Origin: an uncultured Poribacteria bacterium
GTDB taxonomy: Bacteria; Poribacteria; WGA-4E; WGA-3G
Assembly (NCBI GenBank): GCA_951813565.1
Contig: OX638351.1
Coordinates: 416,001 to 480,000 of the forward strand
DNA: 64,000 bases
Direction: 5' to 3'
Shown here: piece after piece, positions 28,924-38,598 of the stretch
Numbering within the stretch: the stretch's first letter is position 1
Layout: each line of letters starts with the position of its first letter
Made by a program: the position numbers and the translations under genes
The notes under the pieces: model-generated
Seen by the model: the letters and a program-made list of their open reading frames with translations, nothing else
What the model was told of the DNA's origin: nothing
Database searches by the model: none

Positions 28924-30435
28924 ATGGATAAAACCAGACCAAATATTTTGCTTATCACCAGCGACCAACAACATTGGAACACTTTGGGTTGCCTTAACCC
29001 CGAAATTCAGACACCTCATTTAGATTCTTTAGCACAAGACGGCACACTCTTTCATAGAGCCTACTGTCCTAACCCAACTTGCACGCCGACACGCGCTTCC
29101 ATCATTACAGGCAAATATCCGAGTCAACACGGGGCATGGTCTCTCGGAACAAAACTTTCTGAAGATGAACATACCGTCGGTGAAAATTTTTCAGACGCAG
29201 GCTACCAAACTGCCTTAGTCGGAAAGGCACACTTCCAACCCTTACACGGAACAGACGAATTTCCATCACTGGAATCTTACCCTATTTTACAAGATTTAGA
29301 CTTCTGGCGAAACTTTAATGAACCATTTTACGGGTTTGAGCATGTTGAATTGGCACGTAACCACGCTGATGAAGCACACGTCGGGCAGCACTATGCTATC
29401 TGGATGGAGGAAAAGGGACTTACCAATTGGCGCGACTATTTTGCGCCACCGACAGGGAATGCGCGAGGACAATATCGAAAGTGGCCGATCCCTGAAGAAT
29501 ATCATTACGATACTTGGATCGCTGAACGCACGAACGCACTGATGGAGACTTATCAACAGAATGGCGAGAACTTTTTCTTGTGGGCAAGTTTCTTTGATCC
29601 GCACCCGAAATATCTTGTGCCAGAACCGTGGGATACGATGTATGACCCTGAAACCTTGACGGTGCCTTCTGTAACAGAGGGAGAACATGACAACAACCCT
29701 CCCCATTTTCAAATGACGCAGCAGCAAAAACCTGATTTTTCTGAATGGCGCGAAAGCGGTAAGGGTGTTCACGGATTTAGGTCGCATTTACGGGATCGAG
29801 ACGAACTCGCTAAAGATATTGCTGTGTATTACGGCATGGTAAGTCTGATGGATAAGTATATCGGCAATATCTTGGCGAAACTTGACGAACTCGGACTCGC
29901 TGATAATACATTGGTTGTCTTCACTTCTGACCATGGGCATTTTTACGGACAACACGGTCTGATTGCAAAAGGTGCGTTCCACTACGAAGATGTTATTAAA
30001 GTGCCTTTTATCGTTCGGTATCCCGGACATGTACCTGCAGGAAAACAATCTGATGCGTTGCAAACCTTAGTTGATTTAGCGCCTTCGTTCCTTAGTGCAG
30101 CGGGAATTGACTTACCACTTCCGATGACAGGTGTGGATCAGACGCCAGTCTGGTATGGACAACAAGCACAGGCACGTGACCATATCATTGTTGAAAACCA
30201 TCATGAACCGACAACTGTACACGTAAAAACCTACGTTAATGACCGATACAAACTTACTGTCTATTACAACCGCGAATATGGCGAACTGTTTGATATGCAC
30301 GAAGATCCGGGTGAAATCAACAATCTCTGGGATTCACCTGAACATGCAAAATTGAAGGCGGAATTAGTAATGAAGTTGTTGTTTGCGGAAATGGGAAAAG
30401 AGTCTCTGTGGATGCCGAGAACTTCGGGGGCATAA
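28924..30435 (+). CDS. Cys-type sulfatase
   Basis: PNILLITSDQ, CTPTRASIITG, GKAH, FTSDHG. Confidence 0.95.
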   Translation: MDKTRPNILLITSDQQHWNTLGCLNPEIQTPHLDSLAQDGTLFHRAYCPNPTCTPTRASIITGKYPSQHGAWSLGTKLSEDEHTVGENFSDAGYQTALVGKAHFQPLHGTDEFPSLESYPILQDLDFWRNFNEPFYGFEHVELARNHADEAHVGQHYAIWMEEKGLTNWRDYFAPPTGNARGQYRKWPIPEEYHYDTWIAERTNALMETYQQNGENFFLWASFFDPHPKYLVPEPWDTMYDPETLTVPSVTEGEHDNNPPHFQMTQQQKPDFSEWRESGKGVHGFRSHLRDRDELAKDIAVYYGMVSLMDKYIGNILAKLDELGLADNTLVVFTSDHGHFYGQHGLIAKGAFHYEDVIKVPFIVRYPGHVPAGKQSDALQTLVDLAPSFLSAAGIDLPLPMTGVDQTPVWYGQQAQARDHIIVENHHEPTTVHVKTYVNDRYKLTVYYNREYGELFDMHEDPGEINNLWDSPEHAKLKAELVMKLLFAEMGKESLWMPRTSGA

Positions 30436-30461
30436 TAACATCATTAGGTAGAAAAACACTC

Positions 30462-30632
30462 ACGGTTGACTACTGCTTTGTCAACATATTATTGTCCGTC
30501 ACGATTCGGAGATCGCTCCTATCAATGGAACGCTTATGGTAGGAGGGAACTCCGATTCCCGACTACTTTCAAGCCTTATTAATTATCACTTGACGAGGCA
30601 CTACATTGAAGTTGTTAAATGTAGTCAACCGT
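30462..30632. mobile_element. MITE with two REP-like hairpins
   Basis: 12-bp TIR ACGGTTGACTAC/GTAGTCAACCGT; internal CGATTCGGAGATCGCTCCTA and GTAGGAGGGAACTCCGATTCCCGACTAC, also present inverted at 42215-42273. Confidence 0.7.
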
Positions 30633-30642
30633 AAATCTTAAA

Positions 30643-31980
30643 CTGATTTACCCCCAGTTTTTGTAGAAACAAATGTGCATAAGGTTTTTCAGATACTTTG
30701 TGTGAGGAGGTCAATGCTGGACTGCTACGGACTTTATCCCGCACAATCGGTTATAGTAATACGAGTCAAGGAAAATGTCAGGTTCCCAGGTTGTCTCCAG
30801 TATTCTTTTTATAGCAAAAATGAGTGAATATGTTTTTGTGTATTATAGGTTTTTATCCACCGCTCCCCAGATTTTTCAAAATGGAGGAAACAGATACCAT
30901 AACTCACATAAACGATAAACCATAATAATACGATCCGTGGTAGTTCTTGCTGCTTCAATCGTAAATGCCGGAACCCGAATAGTGTCTTTATATCTCGGAA
31001 ACATTCTTCTATCTGCCTCCGCTTTTTATAGGTCCGTTTTTATAGGTCCGATAGAGTTGTGCGTTCTGTCCACTATTTGAAATGAGATAAAGCGGTTCTT
31101 TATGGCGAACATCTCTAAAAACATAAAGGTTCAGTTTGAGTTCCTTTGTGCTGTGATAAGATATGTTAGGATAGACATCTGTATTTTTCAGTGTCTCAAG
31201 TTTGATGCGTTGTCCTTTGTGGTAAAAACAAGCATTTGGACAAACGCATCCGACAAACTCAATACCAGTTTCCATCAGAGGTTTCATCAGATACCTTGCG
31301 CGCGCACATCCTCTGTCAAACACGAGGATCGGTCTTTGGACATTCGGTAGGCGGTTTCAAACTGCTTGATGAACTGGCAACAAAACTCTTGAACAAGCAC
31401 ATTATGGCTCGGGTAGACCATCTTGTCAAAAGCGTCTTTTTTGTAGATTTTCCAATAGATCGGAATAGCGCGTTTGCGAAATGGCACAGCAATAACAATA
31501 ATCCTGTAGTCTCGGAGAATATCATTCTCATCTACAAGCAGGGTGCGGGGCACACGCCCTGTTTTGTCATATAACCACGATAAGACAAAGACACACCACG
31601 CCTCCATAGCAATAGATGTAGGAAAGTTTGAGTTGATAAACCGGAGCAGTCGTTTTTGTTTCGTTTTATAATGGGCAACGCAAACGGGTAAGTGTGCCGA
31701 AATCGTCCTTATTTGAAATGTTTTCGTGTGAAGACACGCCAATATGACCAAAATAAGATTTCTGAGAGCAGGACGTTTCAACACTTTTTTGAACCCTTGT
31801 TTTACTTGTGGGATGAGCACGCGTGGATAGACTTTGTCCGATGCAATCTGTTTCAGTGGAATACCTCTAAAATATACGCTATAAAATAAAATTTGAAAGC
31901 AGTTTAGCATACAAAACACTTTTGCACAACTATTATGAGAATACAAACAAATATGGCCCCTCAAAAACTGGGGAAATCAG
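30643..31980 (-). mobile_element. Degenerate IS4-superfamily element with a frameshifted transposase pseudogene
   Basis: Imperfect TIR CTGATTT(A)CCCC(C)AGTTTTTG; fragments LLVDEND...RAIPIYW, FDRG, and YKKRRQIEECFRDIK (Y..R..IE..FRD.K signature) in different frames. Confidence 0.8.
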
Positions 31981-32162
31981 CACTAAAACAGCTTGACATC
32001 CTTCTTAAGAATTTGTTAAAATGGACTACCAAAAAACGGATATAAGAAACTTTGAAATAGCTGAGTTCTTCCCAATTTGTAGAATGTTGAAACCTTCCAT
32101 GTGTAAAAGTGTATAAATAATTTTAAATTCTACAATAATTAAAAAATTAAAGAGGTATCCCG

Positions 32163-33509
32163 ATGAAAAGAAAAACAAACCTCAAAAGAAATACAATCGC
32201 CTACGTAGTTTTAATCCTGTTCGCTGCCGCTATTACTGCAGGGGCATCACCAACTGACCAACCTGACGATTTGGGAATATTAAGCGCTTTTGAAAACGCT
32301 ATTACTAAGATCGTAGATCAGAGTAAACCTGCTGTTGTCAGTCTTACCGTAAAAAATGATGAACAAAAAAACAATAACAAACCGCCGATATCCGGAGGCT
32401 CCGGTTTTATTTTCCGGAGAGATGGTCATATCTTAACAAATGAACACGTAGTGAGTGGGGCAAAAAGCATCAAGGTGGAATTGTTTGATGGCAGCACGTT
32501 TGATGCAAGAGTCGTTGGGAGCGATCCGAACACTGACATAGCGGTTATTAAGATTGAGCGAGATGAAGAGTTTCCGTTTCTCTCAATTGCGGAATCCGCG
32601 AAGGTCCGGGTTGGACAATTTGCTATTGCTATCGGTGACCCAATAGGTTATAGACATACTGTAACGGCTGGTATCGTCGGTGGCAAAGGTCGCTGTTCTC
32701 ATCCACCAAAAACAAAACTCTTTCAGTATCATAATAATTATATCCAAACAGATGCTTGGATTAACAAAGGTAGTAGTGGTGGGCCCTTGCTGAATATTCA
32801 AGGTGAGGTTATCGGTATCACTACGTTAAACCCGGGAGAGGGATCAAGCTTAGCGATTAATAGTGATCTCGCGAAAACAATTGGGAATAAATTGATTGCG
32901 CACGGAAGAGTTATCCGTGGCTACATTGATGCAGATATGCACAATGTTTCACAAGGTCTAAAAATTACAAGAGTAAAACCTAACACGACTGCATTCCAGT
33001 GCGGTTTAAAACGTAACGACATCATCGTTGAATTCGATGAAAAAAAGGTGTCAGGACTTTATGAATTCAGATTGATGGTTGCGGAGTGCCCAATCGGCAA
33101 GCAATATCCTATTAAGGTGCTACGACAAAAAGAAGAAGTGAAACTCAATGTGGCCATTGATGAGATGCCACTTGAATTGGTAGGACGTCCTGCTAAAACT
33201 GAGTCTGTTTCATGGAAAACACTTGGCTTAGCCATGCGAAAATTAGAGAATGGGATTTTTCAAAGATATACCTACCTAAGTGAAAAAGATCGTGGCATAA
33301 TCGTTGAAAAAGTTAAGAATGGTTCTCCAGGATTCAATGCGAATATTCCGCGTAATGCCCTCATCGTTGCTATCAATGGGCAAGAAATTGTTGACGTTCA
33401 AACTTTTGAAACGTTTCTTCAAGATAAACAAGACATATCAAATGTTACGCTTGATATTAAAAGTATTAATGGCACAGAAAAAGTAACGGTGGAGTTAAAT
33501 AATAATTAG
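32163..33509 (+). CDS. HtrA/DegP-family serine protease with two PDZ domains
   Basis: GSGFIF, TNEHV, DIAVIK, IQTDAWINKGSSGGPL. Confidence 0.92.
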   Translation: MKRKTNLKRNTIAYVVLILFAAAITAGASPTDQPDDLGILSAFENAITKIVDQSKPAVVSLTVKNDEQKNNNKPPISGGSGFIFRRDGHILTNEHVVSGAKSIKVELFDGSTFDARVVGSDPNTDIAVIKIERDEEFPFLSIAESAKVRVGQFAIAIGDPIGYRHTVTAGIVGGKGRCSHPPKTKLFQYHNNYIQTDAWINKGSSGGPLLNIQGEVIGITTLNPGEGSSLAINSDLAKTIGNKLIAHGRVIRGYIDADMHNVSQGLKITRVKPNTTAFQCGLKRNDIIVEFDEKKVSGLYEFRLMVAECPIGKQYPIKVLRQKEEVKLNVAIDEMPLELVGRPAKTESVSWKTLGLAMRKLENGIFQRYTYLSEKDRGIIVEKVKNGSPGFNANIPRNALIVAINGQEIVDVQTFETFLQDKQDISNVTLDIKSINGTEKVTVELNNN

Positions 33510-33614
33510 CCCATAACGGGTGTCAGTAAAGTCTCATATCTGATACCCGTACACATTACACTGCATGCTTACAAAGCACGCTTCTTTGTAGATGTCCATT
33601 CTTAAATCTCACTT

Positions 33615-33727
33615 TATAGTAAAATCCGAAAATATGTTCACATTTCAATGAACAACAATCCACACACACTCGCGCTGGCGAGGTTTCCTAACCTCGCCAA
33701 TGTACAGGTAATTGTGGCTTTTACTAT
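33615..33727. mobile_element. IS630-type MITE with a hairpin cargo
   Basis: TATAGTAAAATCC...GGCTTTTACTATA; internal TGGCGAGGTT-TCCT-AACCTCGCCA. Confidence 0.75.
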
Positions 33728-33780
33728 AAAACTCAAAATTTGATATAATTTAAATAAAACTTTCTGAAAAAGGATTTTTT

Positions 33781-35112
33781 ATGAAAAAAAAGAGCTATTT
33801 GTATTGTCCTTTTTTTATTTTTCTCCTCATTTTCTCTTCATGTGCCTATCAAACCGACCAACCGACCAATTTGGAGTTGTTGAGTTCCATTGAAAACGCT
33901 TTTATTGAGATTGCTGAACAAAGTAAACCCGCTATTGTTAGTATCGTCTCAGGAAATTCAAGAAGGCGATTAAATCGGTTCGGGTCAGGGTTTATTTTTC
34001 GGCAAGACGGTTATATTTTAACAAATGACCACATCGTTCACGGTGCAAAATATATCGGCGTGGGTTTGTTAGACGGCACTAAACTTGATGCTAAATTAGT
34101 CGGAACAGATATCAACACAGATATTGCTGTCCTAAAGGTTGACAGAGATCAAGGGTTCCCGACTCTGCCGTTAGCGGATTCGGAAAAGGTTCGGGTTGGG
34201 CAATTTGCCATTGCCATTGGCAATCCTTTCCAACTTGATTATACCGTAACGACTGGTGTTGTCAGCGGTAAAAGACGTTCTGTTCTTGGTGGACTGACTT
34301 TTATTCGATACCAAAACTTTATCCAGACGGATGCATGGATCAATACCGGTAGCAGCGGTGGGCCTTTGCTCAATATCTATGGAGAAGTCATTGGTATTAA
34401 CGCGCTAATTCGGAAAGTTGAAAACACCCCTGCTCCGATGAGAGCAGGGGCCGGATTTGCTATTTCCAGTAACCTCGTTAAAACAATTGGCAATCAACTG
34501 ATTGCAAACGGTAAAATTATCCGTGGCTATCTTGGTATTAAGATGGCGGAGGTGCCGCAAGGTATTCGTATTGATGAAGTTGTTTTTGGTGCCCCTGCTG
34601 ACCGAGCAGGTTTAGAGTGGCATGACATTATCGTTGAATACAATGGAAAAAAAGTCCAAAAATCTCTTGAATTCCGACTGCTCATTGCGGAATCACAGGT
34701 TGGCAAAGAATCTGTTATCAAAGTGTTGCGGCGTGGGCAGGAAAGAACATTCAATGTGACTATTGCCGAGATGCCACCGGAAATGGCAGGATTACCTTTT
34801 GAAGACGAATCTGTTTCATGGAAAATGCTCGGGTTAGCAGTCCGAAAGTTGGAGAAGGGTGATTCTCAGAGATACACTTATCTGACAGAAAAAGATCACG
34901 GTGTAATCGTTGAAAGAGTTAAAGAAAACGCACCAGGGTCCAATGCAAAAATTCCACGCGGTGCACTTATCCTCGCAATTAATGGAAAAGAAATATCTGA
35001 CGTTCAAACCCTTGAAGCGTTGCTTCAGGCTGAACGAGATGCATTAGAACTAACCTTTGATATTAAGAGTAGCCACGGCACAGAAAAATTAACAGTTCAT
35101 TTACAAAAGTAG
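33781..35112 (+). CDS. HtrA/DegP-family serine protease, lipoprotein, tandem paralog
   Basis: Lipobox-like FSSC; TNDHI, DIAVLK, IQTDAWINTGSSGGPL; PDZ domains. Confidence 0.92.
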   Translation: MKKKSYLYCPFFIFLLIFSSCAYQTDQPTNLELLSSIENAFIEIAEQSKPAIVSIVSGNSRRRLNRFGSGFIFRQDGYILTNDHIVHGAKYIGVGLLDGTKLDAKLVGTDINTDIAVLKVDRDQGFPTLPLADSEKVRVGQFAIAIGNPFQLDYTVTTGVVSGKRRSVLGGLTFIRYQNFIQTDAWINTGSSGGPLLNIYGEVIGINALIRKVENTPAPMRAGAGFAISSNLVKTIGNQLIANGKIIRGYLGIKMAEVPQGIRIDEVVFGAPADRAGLEWHDIIVEYNGKKVQKSLEFRLLIAESQVGKESVIKVLRRGQERTFNVTIAEMPPEMAGLPFEDESVSWKMLGLAVRKLEKGDSQRYTYLTEKDHGVIVERVKENAPGSNAKIPRGALILAINGKEISDVQTLEALLQAERDALELTFDIKSSHGTEKLTVHLQK

Positions 35113-35190
35113 TTTCGCATAATAATAAGATTCCTATGCATCCTCCCTCTAACTTGAAAACCCGTATTGACAACGATATACTGGGAACAC

Positions 35191-37173
35191 ATGACGCAAA
35201 CACCAAAAACACTAACCCTTAGAGACATTTTTAGTCCTGGCGGTATTATCTCGGAACATCTATCAGGATACGAATTTCGTCAGGAGCAGCTTCACATGGC
35301 GAATGCAGTTGCTCGCGCGTTCGCTGCATCCGAACATCTGATTGTTGAAGCAGGAACCGGTGTCGGAAAAAGCTTCGCATATCTTATACCTGCTATCTCA
35401 CTTGCCCTTAAAACAGACCAGACAGTTGTTATCTCAACTAATACTATCAGTTTGCAGGAACAACTCGTTACTAAAGATATCCCATTTTTGCATGGCGTAC
35501 TCCCTCGTGATTTCAAGGCGGTCCTTGCGAAAGGACGGCGGAATTATCTTTCGCGGCGGCGATTGGAGAGTCTACTCACTTACGAACGCGGGTTATTTGA
35601 CACGATGGAAGAGGTTGATCAGGTCAAGGACATTGTCGCATGGGTGGAAATGACCGAAGATGGAAGTCGTGCTGATCTACCAATACAACCAATGTCTCAA
35701 ATCTGGGATAAGGTAGCATCCGATAGGGATAACTGTCTCGGTCGCAAATGTCCTACCTATGATGTCTGTTTCTACTTCAAGGCGCGAAACGAGATGCACG
35801 AAGCTGATCTTCTCGTCGTTAACCATCATCTCCTCTTTAGTGATTTGGCAATCCGACAGAATGACCCATCAGTTGGGATTCTTCCTGATTATGACTACCT
35901 AATTATTGATGAAGCCCATCATCTTGAAGCCACAGCAACGCACCATACCAGCCTTGAAATCAGCAACACTAAGGTCAAATGGTTCTTAGATTCACTCCAT
36001 AACCAGCGGAACGATAGTGGTACTGCAACACGATTCAACTCAACAAATCTAATTGATGCAGTTGATGAAGCACGTGAACAAGCAAACCTATTTTTCGAGT
36101 CTGTTGCAGCATATTTCGCAGATACAGATGGGTATACTGCGACAAAACGAATTGATGAAAACAGTGTTCCTGAAGTTTTTGCAAAAGGGAATGTATTAGA
36201 TACTCCTTTGTCGCACATTGAAAAAACACTTAAACAGCTTCACGATAATGCGACAACAGATGACGATGAACAGGAGTTGGCTTCATACTATAACCAGTGT
36301 AAACGACTCAGATCAGAACTGGACATGATGATTCGGCAACCAGATTCAGATTATATTTACTGGATAGAAACTTCAAGGTGGGGACGAACATCCCGCATTC
36401 TCCTCAACGCTACACCTATAAATGTCAGTCAGATGTTACAAGAAAATCTCTTTGATGCTAAAGAGAGCGTTGTGATGACAAGTGCGACACTTGCAACTAA
36501 TCGCAATTTCGATTACTTTAAAAAACGGATCGGTATAAATGAATGTCAGGAATTGCTTGTTCATTCTCCATTTAACTTTAAGGAGCAGGTAAAAATTCAT
36601 ATTCCGCGTTCTATGCCGGACCCAAACAGTACCGAATTTATCCCTGCTGCTGTTCGCGAAATAAAACATTATCTCAAATTAACACACGGCAAAGCATTTG
36701 TCCTGTTTACCAGTTATAAAATGATGGACGAAGTTTACGAGGAGGTCGCTCCCTATCTCGCTGAAATCGGCATTGATACTTTCAAACAGGGAGGAGAACT
36801 TTCACGGACAGATATGTTACAGGCGTTCCGTGAGGATACAAATTCTGTTCTTTTTGGAACTTCCAGTTTCTGGGAAGGCGTTGATGTGCGGGGTGAAGCG
36901 TTGAGTAACGTGGTTATCACAAAGCTGCCGTTTGAAGTGCCAACACATCCGGTGATGGAAGCACGCGTTAAACAGATTAAGGAACAAGGTGGAAATGACT
37001 TCTTGGAATTCAGCTTACCTGAAGCGATACTCCGCCTCAAACAAGGGTTTGGACGACTTATTCGCACACAAACTGATCAAGGTATCGTGGTAATTCTGGA
37101 TGCACGTATCAGAACCCGCAGTTATGGCAAACTATTTTTAGATTCTCTTCCGTCATGTGATATTGTTGCCTGA
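35191..37173 (+). CDS. DinG/YoaA-family ATP-dependent helicase
   Basis: EAGTGVGKS, IDEAHHLE, TSATL, SFWEGVDV, LKQGFGRLIR. Confidence 0.93.
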   Translation: MTQTPKTLTLRDIFSPGGIISEHLSGYEFRQEQLHMANAVARAFAASEHLIVEAGTGVGKSFAYLIPAISLALKTDQTVVISTNTISLQEQLVTKDIPFLHGVLPRDFKAVLAKGRRNYLSRRRLESLLTYERGLFDTMEEVDQVKDIVAWVEMTEDGSRADLPIQPMSQIWDKVASDRDNCLGRKCPTYDVCFYFKARNEMHEADLLVVNHHLLFSDLAIRQNDPSVGILPDYDYLIIDEAHHLEATATHHTSLEISNTKVKWFLDSLHNQRNDSGTATRFNSTNLIDAVDEAREQANLFFESVAAYFADTDGYTATKRIDENSVPEVFAKGNVLDTPLSHIEKTLKQLHDNATTDDDEQELASYYNQCKRLRSELDMMIRQPDSDYIYWIETSRWGRTSRILLNATPINVSQMLQENLFDAKESVVMTSATLATNRNFDYFKKRIGINECQELLVHSPFNFKEQVKIHIPRSMPDPNSTEFIPAAVREIKHYLKLTHGKAFVLFTSYKMMDEVYEEVAPYLAEIGIDTFKQGGELSRTDMLQAFREDTNSVLFGTSSFWEGVDVRGEALSNVVITKLPFEVPTHPVMEARVKQIKEQGGNDFLEFSLPEAILRLKQGFGRLIRTQTDQGIVVILDARIRTRSYGKLFLDSLPSCDIVA

Positions 37174-37213
37174 ATTTCTGTATGTTGCTTTATGAGATAC
37201 TTTTCTACAACCT

Positions 37214-37254
37214 AAAAAAAAGCGTTTGATGTGGTTGGCACATCAAACGCTTTT
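37214..37254. terminator. Bidirectional terminator between convergent genes
   Basis: AAAAGCGTTTGATGTG-GTTGG-CACATCAAACGCTTTT. Confidence 0.85.
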
Positions 37255-37298
37255 GCGGTTTGAAGTGGAAAAGTATTTATAGTAAAATCTTTGCAGCC

Positions 37299-38474
37299 TT
37301 AGTAACGTTGTGGTGCAGGTTGAGCATTCCGAATGCCTCTGTCGTGTGTAAACGGAAACTTGAACTCTACCGTTTGATAACGCTGTGCACCTTCAGGAGG
37401 TGGTGCTTTTTCAATCGGCAAAATCACAGTGAGTCGAACAGCATTTCGCTTTACTTGTGTGAACGGAACGAAACCTTCCACACTCTCACCAGGTTTCACA
37501 CCGACGCGATGCGCGCCAACCTGTCTTTCAACAATAGGCATTCGCTTTTCAAGTAAAATCTGACGCGCATTTTTAAGCCCATTTGTAATATAAAGTCCAG
37601 AAGAGCGTATGTCATAGGTGAACCGCTCCGCTAAATCATCATAATCGAGCCCTGGATAGACGTTATCACCTTGGTCAGCTACCGTACATTTTGTTACATC
37701 TAAAATGATGTGTTCTGTACGATTGTTGGTAATCTTTACATAGTACACATCCGTATTGTCGCCTTGGTTCCCAGCTGCCGCATTTTCGTAAAAGGGAGAA
37801 GAAGCATTACCCCGATTATACTTGCGATCCAAATCTGCTCTACGCCAATAACAAATAGAAACAGTGATTCCATCCTTTGTTTTGGTGAGGATAGGTTGTC
37901 TTGCCTGTATATCAAAAGCCTGCGGATAATCCGAGATAAGTATGACATCTACGACCTTTCTGTCCTCGTTTTCCTTGGGCAATTCAATCTGCGGTTCTAC
38001 TTCTGCCCAGTCAGTCAAAAAATCATTCCATTCATCAACAGCATACGCGTACTCCGAAAAAGCGAAAAAATACGTTAAATCCAGAGTGTTTACCTTATCC
38101 CCTTTAATCAAACGAAAACCGACTGTTTGTAGTCCATGTTTATCTAAAACAGTCTGAGTAAGGTCTCCAGAAGGTATTACTGGAATAGCCACATCTGCGG
38201 AAGGATTTTCGGCTTTTTCCATTAACACACTTGCGATATTATCCACTGGTTGAATCGGAGCCAAACTTGATAAGGACTGGCCACAACCTGACACGACAAC
38301 CCCTAACAAAAAGAACATCCCCAGATTCAGCAGTGTCAAATTTACCTGCTGTACCTTAATTCGCTTGCTTCGGCATGAACTCCTCCTCATAGATCTCGGA
38401 GCTTCCTTGCAAGACTTTGTTTGCTTATTGAACTTGAACCATTTCATTGATAAAATCGCCTCCTTGTCTACCAT
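37299..38474 (-). CDS. Hypothetical lipoprotein (start uncertain, probably downstream)
   Basis: Long ORF; lipobox-like VVSGC after a hydrophobic stretch. Confidence 0.65.
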   Translation of the reverse strand: MVDKEAILSMKWFKFNKQTKSCKEAPRSMRRSSCRSKRIKVQQVNLTLLNLGMFFLLGVVVSGCGQSLSSLAPIQPVDNIASVLMEKAENPSADVAIPVIPSGDLTQTVLDKHGLQTVGFRLIKGDKVNTLDLTYFFAFSEYAYAVDEWNDFLTDWAEVEPQIELPKENEDRKVVDVILISDYPQAFDIQARQPILTKTKDGITVSICYWRRADLDRKYNRGNASSPFYENAAAGNQGDNTDVYYVKITNNRTEHIILDVTKCTVADQGDNVYPGLDYDDLAERFTYDIRSSGLYITNGLKNARQILLEKRMPIVERQVGAHRVGVKPGESVEGFVPFTQVKRNAVRLTVILPIEKAPPPEGAQRYQTVEFKFPFTHDRGIRNAQPAPQRY

Positions 38475-38598
38475 TTGAGAATGGTAACTTGATTTAGTTG
38501 TTTGTCATAAAACATAAGTCCAAGATACCATACTTGCGATTTTTCGTCAACAACATAATACAGTTTTATTAGAGAAGGACATGTCCAAAATCTATAAA

